Positions 35,705 to 49,403 of a DNA stretch of 64,000 bases are shown here, piece by piece. The notes under the pieces were generated by a model. It did not search any database. It had not been told where the DNA came from and saw only the letters and a program-made list of their open reading frames with translations. The translations under genes and the position numbers were made by a program. The stretch is from the NCBI RefSeq assembly GCF_009914755.1, contig NC_060942.1; one strand, 5' to 3'. This DNA is from the human T2T-CHM13v2.0 reference genome, Homo sapiens. Within the stretch, counting starts at the first letter, position 1. Every line of letters starts with the position of its first letter.

Positions 35705-35749
35705 GTGAGTGTGCAGCGCTTTCATTCAAACTTTCTCCAGTCTCGGTTC

Positions 35750-35871
35750 CGGCGTCAGCAAGGTGTGACCAATCAGAGCCCAGAGACGGGAATAAATTAT
35801 GCAAATCACCATCTGGCGATGGGTCAGATGACTCCCATACTTTTAAAAACTACCTCTATAGGAGCGTGACA
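35750..35871 (+). promoter_or_regulatory. LIPG core promoter: CGTCA 35753, CCAAT 35769, octamer ATGCAAAT 35799, TATA-like TTTTAAAA 35841; TSS about 35871
   Basis: motifs read directly; AT-rich box about 30 nt upstream of AGCAGCGAGT, which I recall as the mRNA 5' end. Confidence 0.6.
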
Positions 35872-36122
35872 GCAGCGAGTCCTTGCCTCCCGGCGGCTCA
35901 GGACGAGGGCAGATCTCGTTCTGGGGCAAGCCGTTGACACTCGCTCCCTGCCACCGCCCGGGCTCCGTGCCGCCAAGTTTTCATTTTCCACCTTCTCTGC
36001 CTCCAGTCCCCCAGCCCCTGGCCGAGAGAAGGGTCTTACCGGCCGGGATTGCTGGAAACACCAAGAGGTGGTTTTTGTTTTTTAAAACTTCTGTTTCTGG
36101 GGAGGGGGTGTGGCGGGGCAGG

Positions 36123-36219
36123 ATGAGCAACTCCGTTCCTCTGCTCTGTTTCTGGAGCCTCTGCTATTGCTTTGCTGCGGGGAGCCCCGTACCTTTTGGT
36201 CCAGAGGGACGGCTGGAAG
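36123..36219 (+). CDS. LIPG: LIPG exon 1 coding part (signal peptide MSNSVPLLCFWSLCYCFAAG...)
   Basis: ATG at 36123; hydrophobic signal peptide of endothelial lipase; donor GAAG|GTAACG at 36219/36220; 97 nt, phase 1. Confidence 0.97.
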
Positions 36220-38447
36220 GTAACGTGAATTTGTTTTTATTCCCCCCAGCCACTTCTCTGTGCTGGGTCTCCTGTGTCTTGCTGATTCTTCAAACCCTCC
36301 TTGTTCCTATGAAATTCTTCCTTTCCCACTGCGCTGCCCATTCTCTCCTCCAATCCACCTTGGAGTCCACCTGTCTCTCTGCTGGTCTGATGGGGGCATT
36401 CCCGGCAAGTCATGCAAAAGGCAAAGGCTGGCAGGGTGCGCTGGCTCTTGCCAGCCCTCCCACCCCCACCTCCTTCCCTTATACGGCTCCCTAAGCCAGT
36501 GCTGGTGCTGTCCAGCCAGCTGAGCGGCCTGGCAGCAGCTCTGAAACCTTGTCCTCATGCCTGAACCTGGAGGTTTGAGAGGCAAGAAGGCTGTCAGAGC
36601 TGTGTCTCCTGGAGCTGCCTTTTAATCTTGGTGTAGGTGTCTTGAAAGTTCAGGTGGCAGGGTAGCTGGCTTTGGTTTGATTCGTGCTTGCAGGGAGCGT
36701 CTGGTGGGTCGCTTGTGCTTAGAAGCTGCCGGGCCTATTCCCCCAGGTTGCCAGCCTTTTCCTCTTCAACACTCTTGTGCTCCCCCGACTCTTCCTCTTC
36801 CCACTCCTCCTCCCTTTCCTCCTCCTGGCTTTTAGCTTCTCTTCCTCTTGGGTTCTGTATGGCAGCCTTTGCCAGTGGAGGCAGCTTGCCCTGGGGGAGC
36901 CAGAGTCAGTCAGCTCTGGGGGAGTCAGAATCAGAGTGAGAACTAAGTCAGCTGATAAGCAGTGGAGGGCTGGGGAGCCTCTAAACTGAACCCCATCATC
37001 TCATCTTCTAGTCTGCTGAGGTTGTGCCAAATGGTCTGTGTGGGCTTGTGTATGTGTGGGAGGGTTACTGTGAATGAATGGAAAGCCTTGCTTTACTCAA
37101 CATGTTTCCAACTCTGGTGCTAACTAGAAGCATTGCCTAGGGCAGGTCTCATCTCTGGCTCCTCACCTGTAAAATGCTAAAGTTCCTTCTAACTTCTGTG
37201 TTCTGGGCCTCTGAGTATGTGTGAGTCATTTCCTTCATTGCAAAAAGTATTTACTGCATACCTACTTAGTGTCAGACACTATTCTGGGAGCAGGGGAGAG
37301 AGCAGTGGACAAAATAGATGGCAATCTGTGCCCTTGTGACACTTACATTTCAGTGGTGGGAAGACAGACAGTGCACTGATTAAAGTATCAGTGGTGCTCA
37401 GTATTATGGAGAAAAATCAAGCAGAGGAGGAAGGTGGGGCATGTTGGTGGGGGAAGGTGGTGCGATTTTATGATGTGGTCAGGGAAGGCCTTTCTGGAGA
37501 AGTTGACCATTGAGCAAAGAGCTGAAGGGGGTGAGAGAAGGAGCCATGAGGACATCTGGGTGAGGAACAATCAGAAAGTCCCAGAGGCTGAAGTGACCCA
37601 GGCCAAAAGTAGTAGGAATGTACCTAGAGAACTTTGGGGTCAGAGCAGGTCAGACTCTAAGAGGAAGAGTCTTTGTCCATATGTGGGTTTATCCGCAGAT
37701 CTGTCTCAGGAATCCAGGAGACTTCTTTTCTCCTAGGTTTCCCCATCTGGCCTCTGCATGAGTGGCTATCTGGGTAGAAGGTGGGGAGTTGTCGAACTCA
37801 TTATGTCCGTGGTTCAAATTTCTGCTGGTTGGGGCTTTTGTTCATTACTTTCATGACGGTTAACCTGACTTCCGCTCATGTGCATTCAGCAGCATTTTCT
37901 GGAACCTTATCCCTCTTACATCTGCTGCATTCTTCCCCCTCTCTCCCTCCTTTCCCCTCCGCCCTCTCCACCACTATATCTCTTTCCTTTTGGTATCTTC
38001 TTCCTTTTGCTTCTTAACTCTGAGATAAATTAACTCCAAGATGGTCATTTGGCATCTTTCCCTGCTGGGTGATAGGAGAGTTTGATACTCTCACTTTCTA
38101 GCCAGTTATCCAGTGATGCATCCCAGGATGGCTGAAAGAGTGCTGGGTGGGGTCCATTTATGACTTTCTGAAACGGTGTCATGATGACAGCACCTACTTA
38201 GTGTTAAGCCACAGTGGCCATCAGTGACATGAGCTGCACTTTGGGAGCAGGGCCGTCTCCTAGGTGGCACTGTGCATGAGCAGTGAAGCTGGAAGGGGGG
38301 ATTTTTGTTGCTTTTAGGAGTTTCTCCATGGCTTTAGTCATTTACTTAACAAACCAGATGAATGCCTGGCACATGCCATCACTAGAAAGGGCACTGAGGA
38401 TGCCTGAGTTTCCCTAGATGGGAACACTAGGGGAAGCCTATTTTCCA

Positions 38448-38816
38448 GCAGGTCAACAGCCTCTTGCCTCCAATTCCAAAATCCACAAACTCTCAAAATT
38501 GGAAAATGTGTTTGGTAACTTGTTTGGCAGCAAGACCTGGCCTTACCTGATCTGAACTTATTTGGCAGCAAAAACCTGGCCTGAGATAACAGGAGGCTAT
38601 TGGTTATCTTTATATTTGCCCTCAAATGTGAGTGGTTATGTATTCTCTGCAGAAATATTAGGATGTTTGATCCAGGGGGAATAGCCCAGGCCCCACTGGC
38701 AGCATTATATAATATATGGTGTATGCTCCATGATGCCTTTCTAAAATCTGAAAACTTCTAAATTCTGAAACTCACCTGGTCCCAAGCATTTCAGAAAAAG
38801 AACTGAGAACCTGTAC
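38448..38816. mobile_element. Tigger4/MER46-like DNA transposon relic in intron 1
   Basis: CAGGT...AAAATCC... and CTGGTCCCAAGCATTTCAG...ACCTGTA ends. Confidence 0.55.
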
Positions 38817-39130
38817 TCTAAAAGTAGGAAGGAAGTAGAACTCCTTTTGATAGGAAAGAAGAGGGAAATGCAAGAGAGAGATCTATTTATTTCAGAGTGA
38901 CAGTAATTAATACTAGTGACTAATTAATACTCTTTAAGTATAAATGAGATGTCCTTTTTTATAAAATGTTCACAGTTTTTCTGGGAGGTGAAAAGGGAAC
39001 ATTCAGCAGATGTAAAAACCGAAACCCAGATGGCTTAAGCAAATTGCTCACGATTGAACTAGAATCAGACCCCAGGTCTCTCACTCCGCAAGTCTGCTAG
39101 ATGCACCCACGCTCTGTTCTGTCTCCCCAG

Positions 39131-39312
39131 ATAAGCTCCACAAACCCAAAGCTACACAGACTGAGGTCAAACCATCTGTGAGGTTTAACCTCCGCACCTC
39201 CAAGGACCCAGAGCATGAAGGATGCTACCTCTCCGTCGGCCACAGCCAGCCCTTAGAAGACTGCAGTTTCAACATGACAGCTAAAACCTTTTTCATCATT
39301 CACGGATGGACG
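39131..39312 (+). CDS. LIPG: LIPG exon 2 (D33-T93; N80 sequon; FIIHGW motif)
   Basis: acceptor TCTCCCCAG|, donor ACG|GTGAG; 182 nt; translates DKLHKPKATQ...TFFIIHGWT, the lipase HGW motif. Confidence 0.97.
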
Positions 39313-41255
39313 GTGAGCCCGGGGAGGGAGCTCTGCGGCTTTATATAAGATTTGATTCCCTTTGTTTTGGTCAATTAGAAAGAATTCTGGTGTTTCCAGA
39401 TTCCAAACCCTCTTCCCCCCTTTCCTTGTGGGCTGCTTGTATTTCAGACAGCTGTGAAGAATGTAACGGGCATTCACTAAGGGGCAATCTGGACTCCAGC
39501 AGGGTGGTATTAATGATGGCATACAACGGGCTTTCAGAAAGTGGCTCTCCTGAGGGCAGCAGCCCAGCTCCACTGGCTCTTAAGGACCCCTCTAATTACA
39601 CTTAATTACGCTGGTCAACCACTGCCTGGAGGGGGCTGTCCTGCCGTGAGAGCTGAGCTTAACTAAAGCAACTTGACTGGCTCTGAGAACCTATGAGTAG
39701 CCAGCTGGCCTGGATTGCTGACTGCCCTTGGCATAGTGCCCTCCTGTTTGCATAGAGATAGCCCCGTTTAAAGGCACTGGGGCTCTTTATGTGCCCTAGC
39801 TGAGCAATTCACATTGAAAAGCCCATGACAAACTTCAACAAAAAAGGGCTTTAGTGCTCAGCTTCAGAAGCTTTTGACCAGCCAGGAATTTATTCATTCA
39901 TATAATGACAGTCTGTAGGGAAATGGCACTATTAAGTGAGCAGATTTCTGCCTGGGCTAATTGGAAGGGGACAGTCCTCCTCTTAATGATGAGAAATTCA
40001 TATCTGTTACATGCTTTTGGGGTCTTTAAATCTGTCATCCATGGTTGAGGTCAGGGGCAGGAGAGGGTAGGTGCCTGCCTACCTAGTTGAATGAAGAGAT
40101 GATTAAGAGCCTGTCTAACCCTGCTCATCACACAACCTACAATCAGAATCATATGTGTGAATCTTTTTAAGGCCCCCTGTCAAAATGCAAATACAAGCTG
40201 CCTGCGACTTACAAGTAGGTTGCATTCCAGAAAGTTCTTTTGTAATCTGTTTGGAACTTGGAACAGCAGTTTCCCACAGAAGCAAGATTGTAAATGGTGT
40301 TTGGGTTCCCAGGCTAGGCACAGAAAATCTATCTATTTGATAATGTGCTTGTGGATAGGTTTACAACTGGACCTAGTCACCATTTATAACTTTGTTTCTG
40401 TGGAAAAATACATTCTGAGTTGTAATTTGGGATTCCGGGGACAGATTTTCCCTACTCTGGGGTCAAGAGGGATGGCAGAGATGGGTTGTGGGAAGGGGTC
40501 ATTTGTTAACTCTGCATTCACCTAGGAGACAGCATCTCCCTGCGTCTCTAAGAGAGAAGCAATTTTCCAGGGCAACCCTCCCTAGCTGCCTTTGAAGGAT
40601 GGACCAGGCCACTTGCCTGCCTGTAACAGGGACTCAGACCAGCCTCATGCCAGTATCACCCTTAACACGTATCTCATAGTGGCCCTAACAGACAGTGGGG
40701 CAACAGTATAGGACATTAGCTAGGAAAGTTTTGATGGGAAATACTGGGGATGTAAGGAGCAATGGAAGACAAATACCTGCGTAGTGATTCTGCCTGTGCT
40801 GGTCCTGCTCATGTGCAAATGTTTGGTCCCTGAGCAGCCAATGTGCAGATTCTAAAATTGTCTGGGGGCACTGGGCATGGTGGCTCACGCCTATAATCCC
40901 AGCACTCTGGAAGGCCTAGGTGGGAAGATCGCTTGAGCCCAGGAGTTCAAGACCAGCCTGGGCAACATAGTGAGACCCTGTTGCTGCAAAAAGTTTAAAA
41001 ATTACCCAGGCATGGTGGCATATGCCTGTAACCCAGTCACTCTGGAGGCTGAGGTGGGAGGATCACCTCAGCTCAGGAGTTGGAGGCTATCATGAGCTGA
41101 GATTGTTGTCAGTGCACTCCAGCCTGGGCAACAGAGTGAGACCCTGAGTCAAAAAAAAAAAATTAATTGGGAAGAGGGTCATATAGAAAGGAATTCCATA
41201 TTTTTTAGGATTTCTGAAACCAAGAATAAAAAATAACTTCCACTTTTCTCTGCAG

Positions 41256-41435
41256 ATGAGCGGTATCTTTGAAAACTGGCTGCACAAACTCGTGTCAGCC
41301 CTGCACATAAGAGAGAAAGACGCCAATGTAGTTGTGGTTGACTGGCTCCCCCTGGCCCACCAGCTTTACACGGATGCGGTCAATAATACCAGGGTGGTGG
41401 GACACAGCATTGCCAGGATGCTCGACTGGCTGCAG
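41256..41435 (+). CDS. LIPG: LIPG exon 3 (M94-Q153), carrying Ile111
   Basis: acceptor TTCTCTGCAG|, donor CAG|GTACT; 180 nt; MSGIFENWLHKLVSALHIREKDANVVVVDW... Confidence 0.97.
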
Positions 41436-41847
41436 GTACTGGGGGATGAGAGGGAGTCTCCTGTCACCAGCAGGATCTCAAACCCAATCTTCTTAAGAAA
41501 TGCAGGTCATGCATCTGTTGCCATGAACTTCTGGAGTCTGATAAAAATCTTTGAGATTAAAAGTTTTATTGAATTAAGTATTGTTTGGAATACTTGAAAG
41601 CTGGGACTTTTTGAGAGCCTTTTAATTATTGATAGATCTCTGGATTTTTCCTGTTACTTAATTTGCTGAAAATTGGCCTTATGGGTTGTTTCTTCCTGAT
41701 CTTAGAAACAGATGCCCTTAGGTTGGTTGGGGATGGCCAGGAACCAGGCCAGGCTTGTGATCTGAAATTCCTACAAAGACTGCTCTTGTCTCTGAAGCAT
41801 GGCTGTGCTGAGGGTGGGGAGGGGGTTATTTCAAAAATGCAGCCTAA

Positions 41848-42024
<177 letters not shown>

Positions 42025-42164
42025 TAGTAGAGATGGGATTTCGCTGTGTTAGCCAGGATGGTCTTGATCTCCTGACCTCATGATCTGCCTGCCTAGGCCT
42101 CCCAAAGTACTGGGATTACAGGCATGAGCCACCGTGCCCAGCCTGCCTGATACCTCTTTTATAA

Positions 42165-42414
<250 letters not shown>

Positions 42415-43250
42415 TAACTCCTGACCTCAGGTGATCTGCCTGCCTCGGCCTCCCAAAGTGCTGGGATTAGAGACGTGAGCCACCGCACCCAGCCTATTTA
42501 CTTTTAATAGGTTAATAATCTGCCTGAGATCAGTGGATTTAGCTGGGAGAAGGCAGGGCAGGGTACACTGTCAAAGCGGCACCATTATCTGGGCAATTCC
42601 GGCCTGGCCTTCCTTGTTCCCATGGAATGGGATGAATTCTGGCAGAATTCTGGTCAGGATTCTCGAGCAGTCCCTCTGTCCTCTACCTAAGCTCTTCTAT
42701 AGAGTTTGGTTTCCGAGCCATGGGGTTACCTCCTTACCCCCCAGATGAGTGCTCTGACAGGGGACAATGCGTCAAGTCTGGGGTCCCACATGGGCTTGTG
42801 AGGAGGAGGTTGGCAGCTCCTGGGGCTGGGTGGAGGTCAGGCCTTAGAGGGCAGGCAGAGGGCGTTCTGCTGAGGGCTGTGGTTGGCACTGCAGTCTCCA
42901 GTGAGTACGGCAGCTTTGACCTCCTCACCACCACCCTCCCCTCTCTTAGATACTGCCAGAAAGAACAGGAAATGTGTAGGGAACAGCCACATATGCAGCC
43001 TCCAGTCATACCCTCCACCCTGTCCCCACACTTGGCATTTGCAGTGCCACCAAGTCCTTTTGGCCTCCCCTAAGCTGGCTGTGACCCACACATGTAGCAT
43101 CACCAGCAAAGCCAGTGGGGCCCTGGGGAGTCTCTGTGCCCACGGCCCCTGCATCTCCTCCTGCTCCGTGACTGAGTTGTTGAACTGCTGGTGATTCTGG
43201 GGGCTCTGGACCCTGCTCTTCTGCTCACATACTTTGGTGACTTTCTATAG

Positions 43251-43362
43251 GAGAAGGACGATTTTTCTCTCGGGAATGTCCACTTGATCGGCTACAGCCT
43301 CGGAGCGCACGTGGCCGGGTATGCAGGCAACTTCGTGAAAGGAACGGTGGGCCGAATCACAG
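43251..43362 (+). CDS. LIPG: LIPG exon 4 (GYSLG nucleophile elbow, catalytic Ser169)
   Basis: acceptor TTTCTATAG|, donor CAG|GTGAG; 112 nt; [23 protein letters not shown], a G-x-S-x-G motif. Confidence 0.97.
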
Positions 43363-44426
43363 GTGAGCTCCACTTCCATCACTAAAGGGCTCCCTCAGCT
43401 GCGCTAAGCCGGAATGCTCCCAAATGAGGCAGCAGAGTGAGTCATAGAAAGTTAGCTTTAGAAGGAACCTGGAAAGCATCTAATTCAAAACTTCCCAAGC
43501 GTTTTTAGTCACAAGAAACTTTTTTTTTTTTTTTCCAAATTGAACTCGCATAGGCCCGCAGTATATGAGACACAGAAAGGGGGGTGCTGTGGGTGAAGTG
43601 GGGTGGGTATATGGCGGCTTGTGTTAGCCTTGCCAGTGTGGGCGTTCCCCTTCCCTATAGGCATCTCAGAGTCTCAGAGCACCAGGGAACACAGTTTGAA
43701 AACCATAGGCCTGGTCCAATAGGTGAGGAAACAAACACGGAGAGGTGAGACAACTTGCCCAGGGGCAAACAGCTAATAACTCAAGAGCGGAAGCTGGATA
43801 GAGCCCTGGCCCCAAAGCTTTTGGGTGTTCCCTTCAGGTCTCCACCCAAGGACTCAGGGGAAAAGAATGAATAGTAGATTTTAGTTTGAATTCTGCCTCT
43901 GATTTCTATCTTGTCTCCCAATAGCCTCTTTCCCATGTTAAGGTAGCATATTTATGAATGAGAGCTACCAATTTGGAAAGGGTGGTTCAACTTTGTAATA
44001 AAAGGAACCTTTCTGATATTGGTCCCCAGGGGGTCAACAGAAAATTGAATTTTCCATGTTGAAAACTGCATCTTAGTGAGCTTTTAACATGAGAGTTTGG
44101 ATTAAATCATTTAATGATTGTGAAAAGTGTAAAAGGTTTTCTTTCTCATTTTTGGGCCCCTCAAGTATATACACAGAGATTCCTCTATGCTACAATTAAT
44201 GGTAAATTTGTTGCCCTGAACTTCTATCCTTCTTCCAGCATTATTTTATTTAAAATTACCCCTAGCTTCCCCCTTACTCCCAAGATTCTAAGGGTGATCA
44301 CCTAGAAGGATAGATCTGAACAATTCCTTTCCCTGCAGTGTTTTCATTTTAAAACAAAACTCAGGCTGGGTGTGGTGGCTCACACCTATAATCCCAGCAC
44401 TTTGGGAGGCCGAGGTGGGTGGATCA

Positions 44427-44682
<256 letters not shown>

Positions 44683-45812
44683 CTAAATAACGATTTGGTA
44701 AAGGTAGAATTTCAGATTTCAGTGACAAGCTGATATGGTAGAATTTTAAAAAGAATATTTGTGAAGTTTTCCTGGCTCTCCTGAATCCTGTCCCTGGGCT
44801 TGAGTCTAGTATGTGCGTGCACACACATGAGCATGCATGCACACACATGCCTGTTGATCCAATGACTTGATTCATCCCAGCTTGAGAGCTTTATTTTTGA
44901 TTTCCAAGACTGTGGGGCTTGAGCTGCCCAAAGTGGGCTATGATTGTGTGGCCACCCATGACTGCTCATTAACCCCTTGCTGGTGCAAAGCAGTTTGACT
45001 GGAAGCCACTCGGGTTCCATTGTCTGAGCGCCTCTTCCTAGCCCCTGAATGAGAGGTGTGATGTTTCAGATCCAGGCACCTGAGTTCAAATTGTAGCACA
45101 CACCACAGTCCAGGCCCAGAATGTCAGTAACGATGACAAACTGCACATCTTGCCTTTCTCTATTTCTAAATCTGAAATGAGATGGGGCTAGGGAGGGAAC
45201 TTTCCAGTTCTTTCCCCCTGCCTGTTTGAGTGGCATCTGCTGGGGTGAGGGCTTTTCTCCTGAGGGTGGCAGGAGAGCCAGGCAGAATGCTAATTAGTGC
45301 TCTGGGATGTTTGCATGGAGCATGATGCCCACATGCCCTGAGCATGGTCCCTTCCCTCTGGCCTTTCTCTGTAGAGAAGGGGCCTGGCCTCTGTCCAGTT
45401 GCCAAGCAGCACCCCTGACACACGCTGTTGTGTATGTCTGATGGGGGAGGCTGCGTCCTCTCCTTTCCCCTTGGTAGACTTCTCATGGACCTGTGGACAA
45501 GGTGATCGCAACTGGTAAGAGGACAGATTGAGACTTGCATGGGGTCCTGCGTCCAGTGATGCCACTATGCTAAGGCCACCAGGCAGTCCTTAGCCTGGGC
45601 CTTGCAAGGGTATATCTGAACCCCAATCTTGCTTGGACCAGAGGGTGTGGATGGGGGTTTGCTAGAGTTTTACTTTCTTAGGCTTCTGAGAGAAGCCTGT
45701 GATACTAGGAAAGAGGTCATATATTTATAGTTGAACCTGTGCCTTGTTTGCTATAATCAGGTAAGCAAGCAGATGAATTTATTCAAGAAATGTGTCCATA
45801 TGTGCAGGCTAG

Positions 45813-45917
<105 letters not shown>

Positions 45918-46355
45918 TGAGGTCAGGAGTTCAAGACCAGCCTGGCCAACATGATGAAACCCCATGTCTACTAAAAGTACAAAAATTAGCCGGGCATGGT
46001 GGTGGGTGCCTGTAATCCCAGCTACTCAGGAGGCTGAAGCAGGAGAATCTCTTGAACCCAGGATGCGGAGGTTGCAGTGGGCTGAGATTGCGCCACTGCA
46101 CTCCAGGCTGGGTGACAAGAGTGAGACTCTGTCTCAAAAATAAAAAATAAAAAATAAAAAACAAACAAACAAAAAACACCTCATATATGACAGCTACTCT
46201 ATGCTATCTCTGAACCACATAGCAACCCTGAACATTCTACGGAGGGGGAAACTAGGACTCAGTGATTAAGTAAAGGGCCCAATATCCTGGGCCCTATAAG
46301 TAGCAGAGCTGGGACTCAAACCCATGCTGTCAGATTCCAGATCCCATGCACCTCA

Positions 46356-46577
<222 letters not shown>

Positions 46578-47236
46578 CTACAGCAGGCCCTGCCCTGCCG
46601 GGCCAGAATGCACAGCCCTGGAAGTTTTACATGTGTGCATGTGTGTGTGCTCCATTTGCTGGACAAAGCAACTTTGGAGGAGTCTATGACTGAATGGAAG
46701 AAGCGGCGGAGGTTCTCTATCTCCTCTTTATTTAAGGAGGCAGTTCTCCCTGTCATTCATCCCTAGTTAAAAAAGTTAAATGTGCCACTGTACCCCTGAA
46801 TCTGTGGGCCACAGATATGTGTCAGGGACAGTCAGAGCAGGGCAGGCAGGCTCTGGCTGGGTAGGTGAAGGCCCAGCCTTGCCTGCCAGCCAGCCTGTGA
46901 AACCCCATCAGCTGCCTGCATTCCTCCAGCACAGCCTGGTTTCCATGGCACTGACCGTCTGGTGGGGACCTTTGTTCACACCAAGTAAAGAGCCTCTCTC
47001 TTGTATTGATTGCAAAGCAGAATGTTGCTCTCTTTCTCTTTCCTCCAGGGGACATGGTGAGAGGCAGGGAGAGGCCGCTGTGTCAGTACTGCGGTCCTTG
47101 CGGCCTCTGAAATGGGTTGTCGTGGGCTGTTCTGGGAGCACACTGCTTTTGTGCCATCTTTCTTTTGGGTCCTGGGCTAGGGATAAACTCTCAAGCAGCC
47201 TGGGCTCCCTTTCTGTCTTGGTTGCACATAAAGTTA

Positions 47237-47419
<183 letters not shown>

Positions 47420-47667
47420 CTAAATTTTTGGAAACTATTTAGCGTTTCAGCCTCTACCAGTTCTCATATGAGTAATGAGTTCTGCAAGTTGACCGTCCAC
47501 TCTAGACGGTAGCTCTGCCTCTTGTTTATCCTGAAACTACCATCTCAAGTCTCCTGATAGGCTCCCTGGTTCTAATGTGCTGTGGTCTGGTGAACACGGT
47601 CGTTAACCATGTCCTCCTTTCAGGACTCTTGTTGGTCACATCTCCTCCCAGCCTTGGTGTTTCGAGG

Positions 47668-47900
47668 CCAGGTTTTCTCAGCCTAGGCAATATTGACATT
47701 TGGGGCCAGGTAAGGTTTTGGTGTGGGTTGTGTGTGTGTTGGGATTGACTTGTGCACTGTAGAATGTTTAGCTGTATTCCTGGCCTGGCCCTGCTAGATG
47801 CTAGCAACTCTCTCCATCAGAATGGGGGCAATAAAAAGGTCTCCAGGAATTTCCAGATGTCCCCTGGGGGGCAAAGCCACTTGTAGTGGTGAACCACTGT
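47668..47900. mobile_element. MER20 hAT MITE
   Basis: TTCTCAGCCTAGGCAATATTGACATTTGGGGCCAG...GTCCCCTGGGGGGCAAA...GAACCACTG. Confidence 0.8.
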
Positions 47901-48989
47901 TCCAGCGGCCCTTCCTTCCTGGCACATTTCATCCCTTAACTTTCTCCAGGTCCTTCCTGTGTGTCTGTGGGGCAAAGAGCTGTTCTGGTTGGGATAAATC
48001 TGGTTCCCATAATCACTTGGGCTTGGTAATAGTAGCTAATACTGACAGGCACTCAGTCTCTTAAGATCTCACGTGGACTTTGAATTAAGGTATAAATTCA
48101 GGTTCCATTTTATAAATGATAATGAAACACAGGGAAGTTTTTCAATATTTGGCCCACAGAATACCTACTTTTAGGATCATCCGGGGAATAAATATCTATT
48201 TCTATGTGCCATAATTCATATCTACCCACTAGGAGTTCAGGCACTTGGGAATCTGCATTTTATACTTTGCAAGTTCTCTTTTGGAATGGTTTTACATTAA
48301 TGCAGTTTTCAAATCAAAAGATGGTGAAAGTCTCTCTTACTGCTCTGCTACCTGTCCGTTTCCCTTACCCACTCTCTCCCCCAACGCACACGCATACAGG
48401 TAACTAGTTGCTTGTGTGTCCTTCCAGATTTTTTTGTAGCTGTATGGTGGAATTTAAATTTAACAAGCTCCCAATTTCAAATTTGAGAACCAGTGCTCTC
48501 AACAGTGCTGCTTGCCTGCTCAACACAAAATGTTTGGAGGCGGAAAGGTTTTCTCACGGTGGCTGCAAAATAGAGGAATTCTGGAGGCCTGATGTATGGA
48601 TTCTCAGTGTATTGGGTGTCCTCTTCTCTCTCACCATTCCACCCCTGGGCCTGATTAAAGGAAGAAGAATAAATTCAGATACAAATAGCTCCGTTTGGGG
48701 AGACTGGATTCTCCTTCCAGAAGGATGTAGGCAGCTTAGTTATTCTGTAAAAATTCTGCTACAATTAAGGACATGAAAGATGCTCAGTGGCAGAATGAAT
48801 GGGACAAATGGCTTAGTTTCAGGCAGTCTGAGTTCTTTCTAGAACTGCTTCAGTTTTAACAGGAGCAGTTCCTTGGAGCTGTGTGGCAGCGAAACTTGTG
48901 GCTAGTTGACGGGGTTTGGCTGAGGTGACGGGATACATGAAGGCTTCAGAAGAAAGTATAAATTCCATAACAGTAGGATTTAATTTCTG

Positions 48990-49038
48990 CAATGATGTCT
49001 TGGGGTCAACTGCATATGGAAATGGGTTTCTTATTTTC
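48990..49038 (+). repeat. Decayed duplicate of the exon 5 3' end and donor (source 49372-49420)
   Basis: 41 of 49 nt identical, ungapped; donor GT changed to AT. Confidence 0.88.
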
Positions 49039-49181
49039 TTCCATGCTTTCCATGTCTTGATTCTCCCAGCTGGTCTCAGAAGTCATCTTCATTCTGCACA
49101 CTCAGACTTAACTTGTAATCAGGACTCACTGACCAGGTGCACCTGACACCACAGCTGTTTTGGGGCCTCCTTCTGCTGCAG

Positions 49182-49403
49182 GTTTGGATCCTGCCGGGCC
49201 CATGTTTGAAGGGGCCGACATCCACAAGAGGCTCTCTCCGGACGATGCAGATTTTGTGGATGTCCTCCACACCTACACGCGTTCCTTCGGCTTGAGCATT
49301 GGTATTCAGATGCCTGTGGGCCACATTGACATCTACCCCAATGGGGGTGACTTCCAGCCAGGCTGTGGACTCAACGATGTCTTGGGATCAATTGCATATG
49401 GAA
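49182..49403 (+). CDS. LIPG: LIPG exon 5 (GLDPAGP catalytic Asp; start of lid)
   Basis: acceptor CTGCTGCAG|, donor GAA|GTGAG; 222 nt, phase 1-1; [11 protein letters not shown]...[15 protein letters not shown]. Confidence 0.97.

Larger units (their letters stand above)
34530..36220. promoter_or_regulatory. CpG island / LIPG promoter region
   Basis: sharp rise in CpG and GC content with no repeats, overlapping the first exon. Confidence 0.88.

Noticed and set aside
34420-35804. Long ORFs on both strands in the CpG island
   Set aside because: Expected in GC-rich DNA and no recognisable domain; only the 35500 frame has a phase-matched donor
35883-36494. 203-aa ORF overlapping exon 1
   Set aside because: It is a stop-free 5'UTR from a TTG, plus exon 1, plus intron 1 read-through; there is no upstream ATG and no evidence for an N-terminal extension
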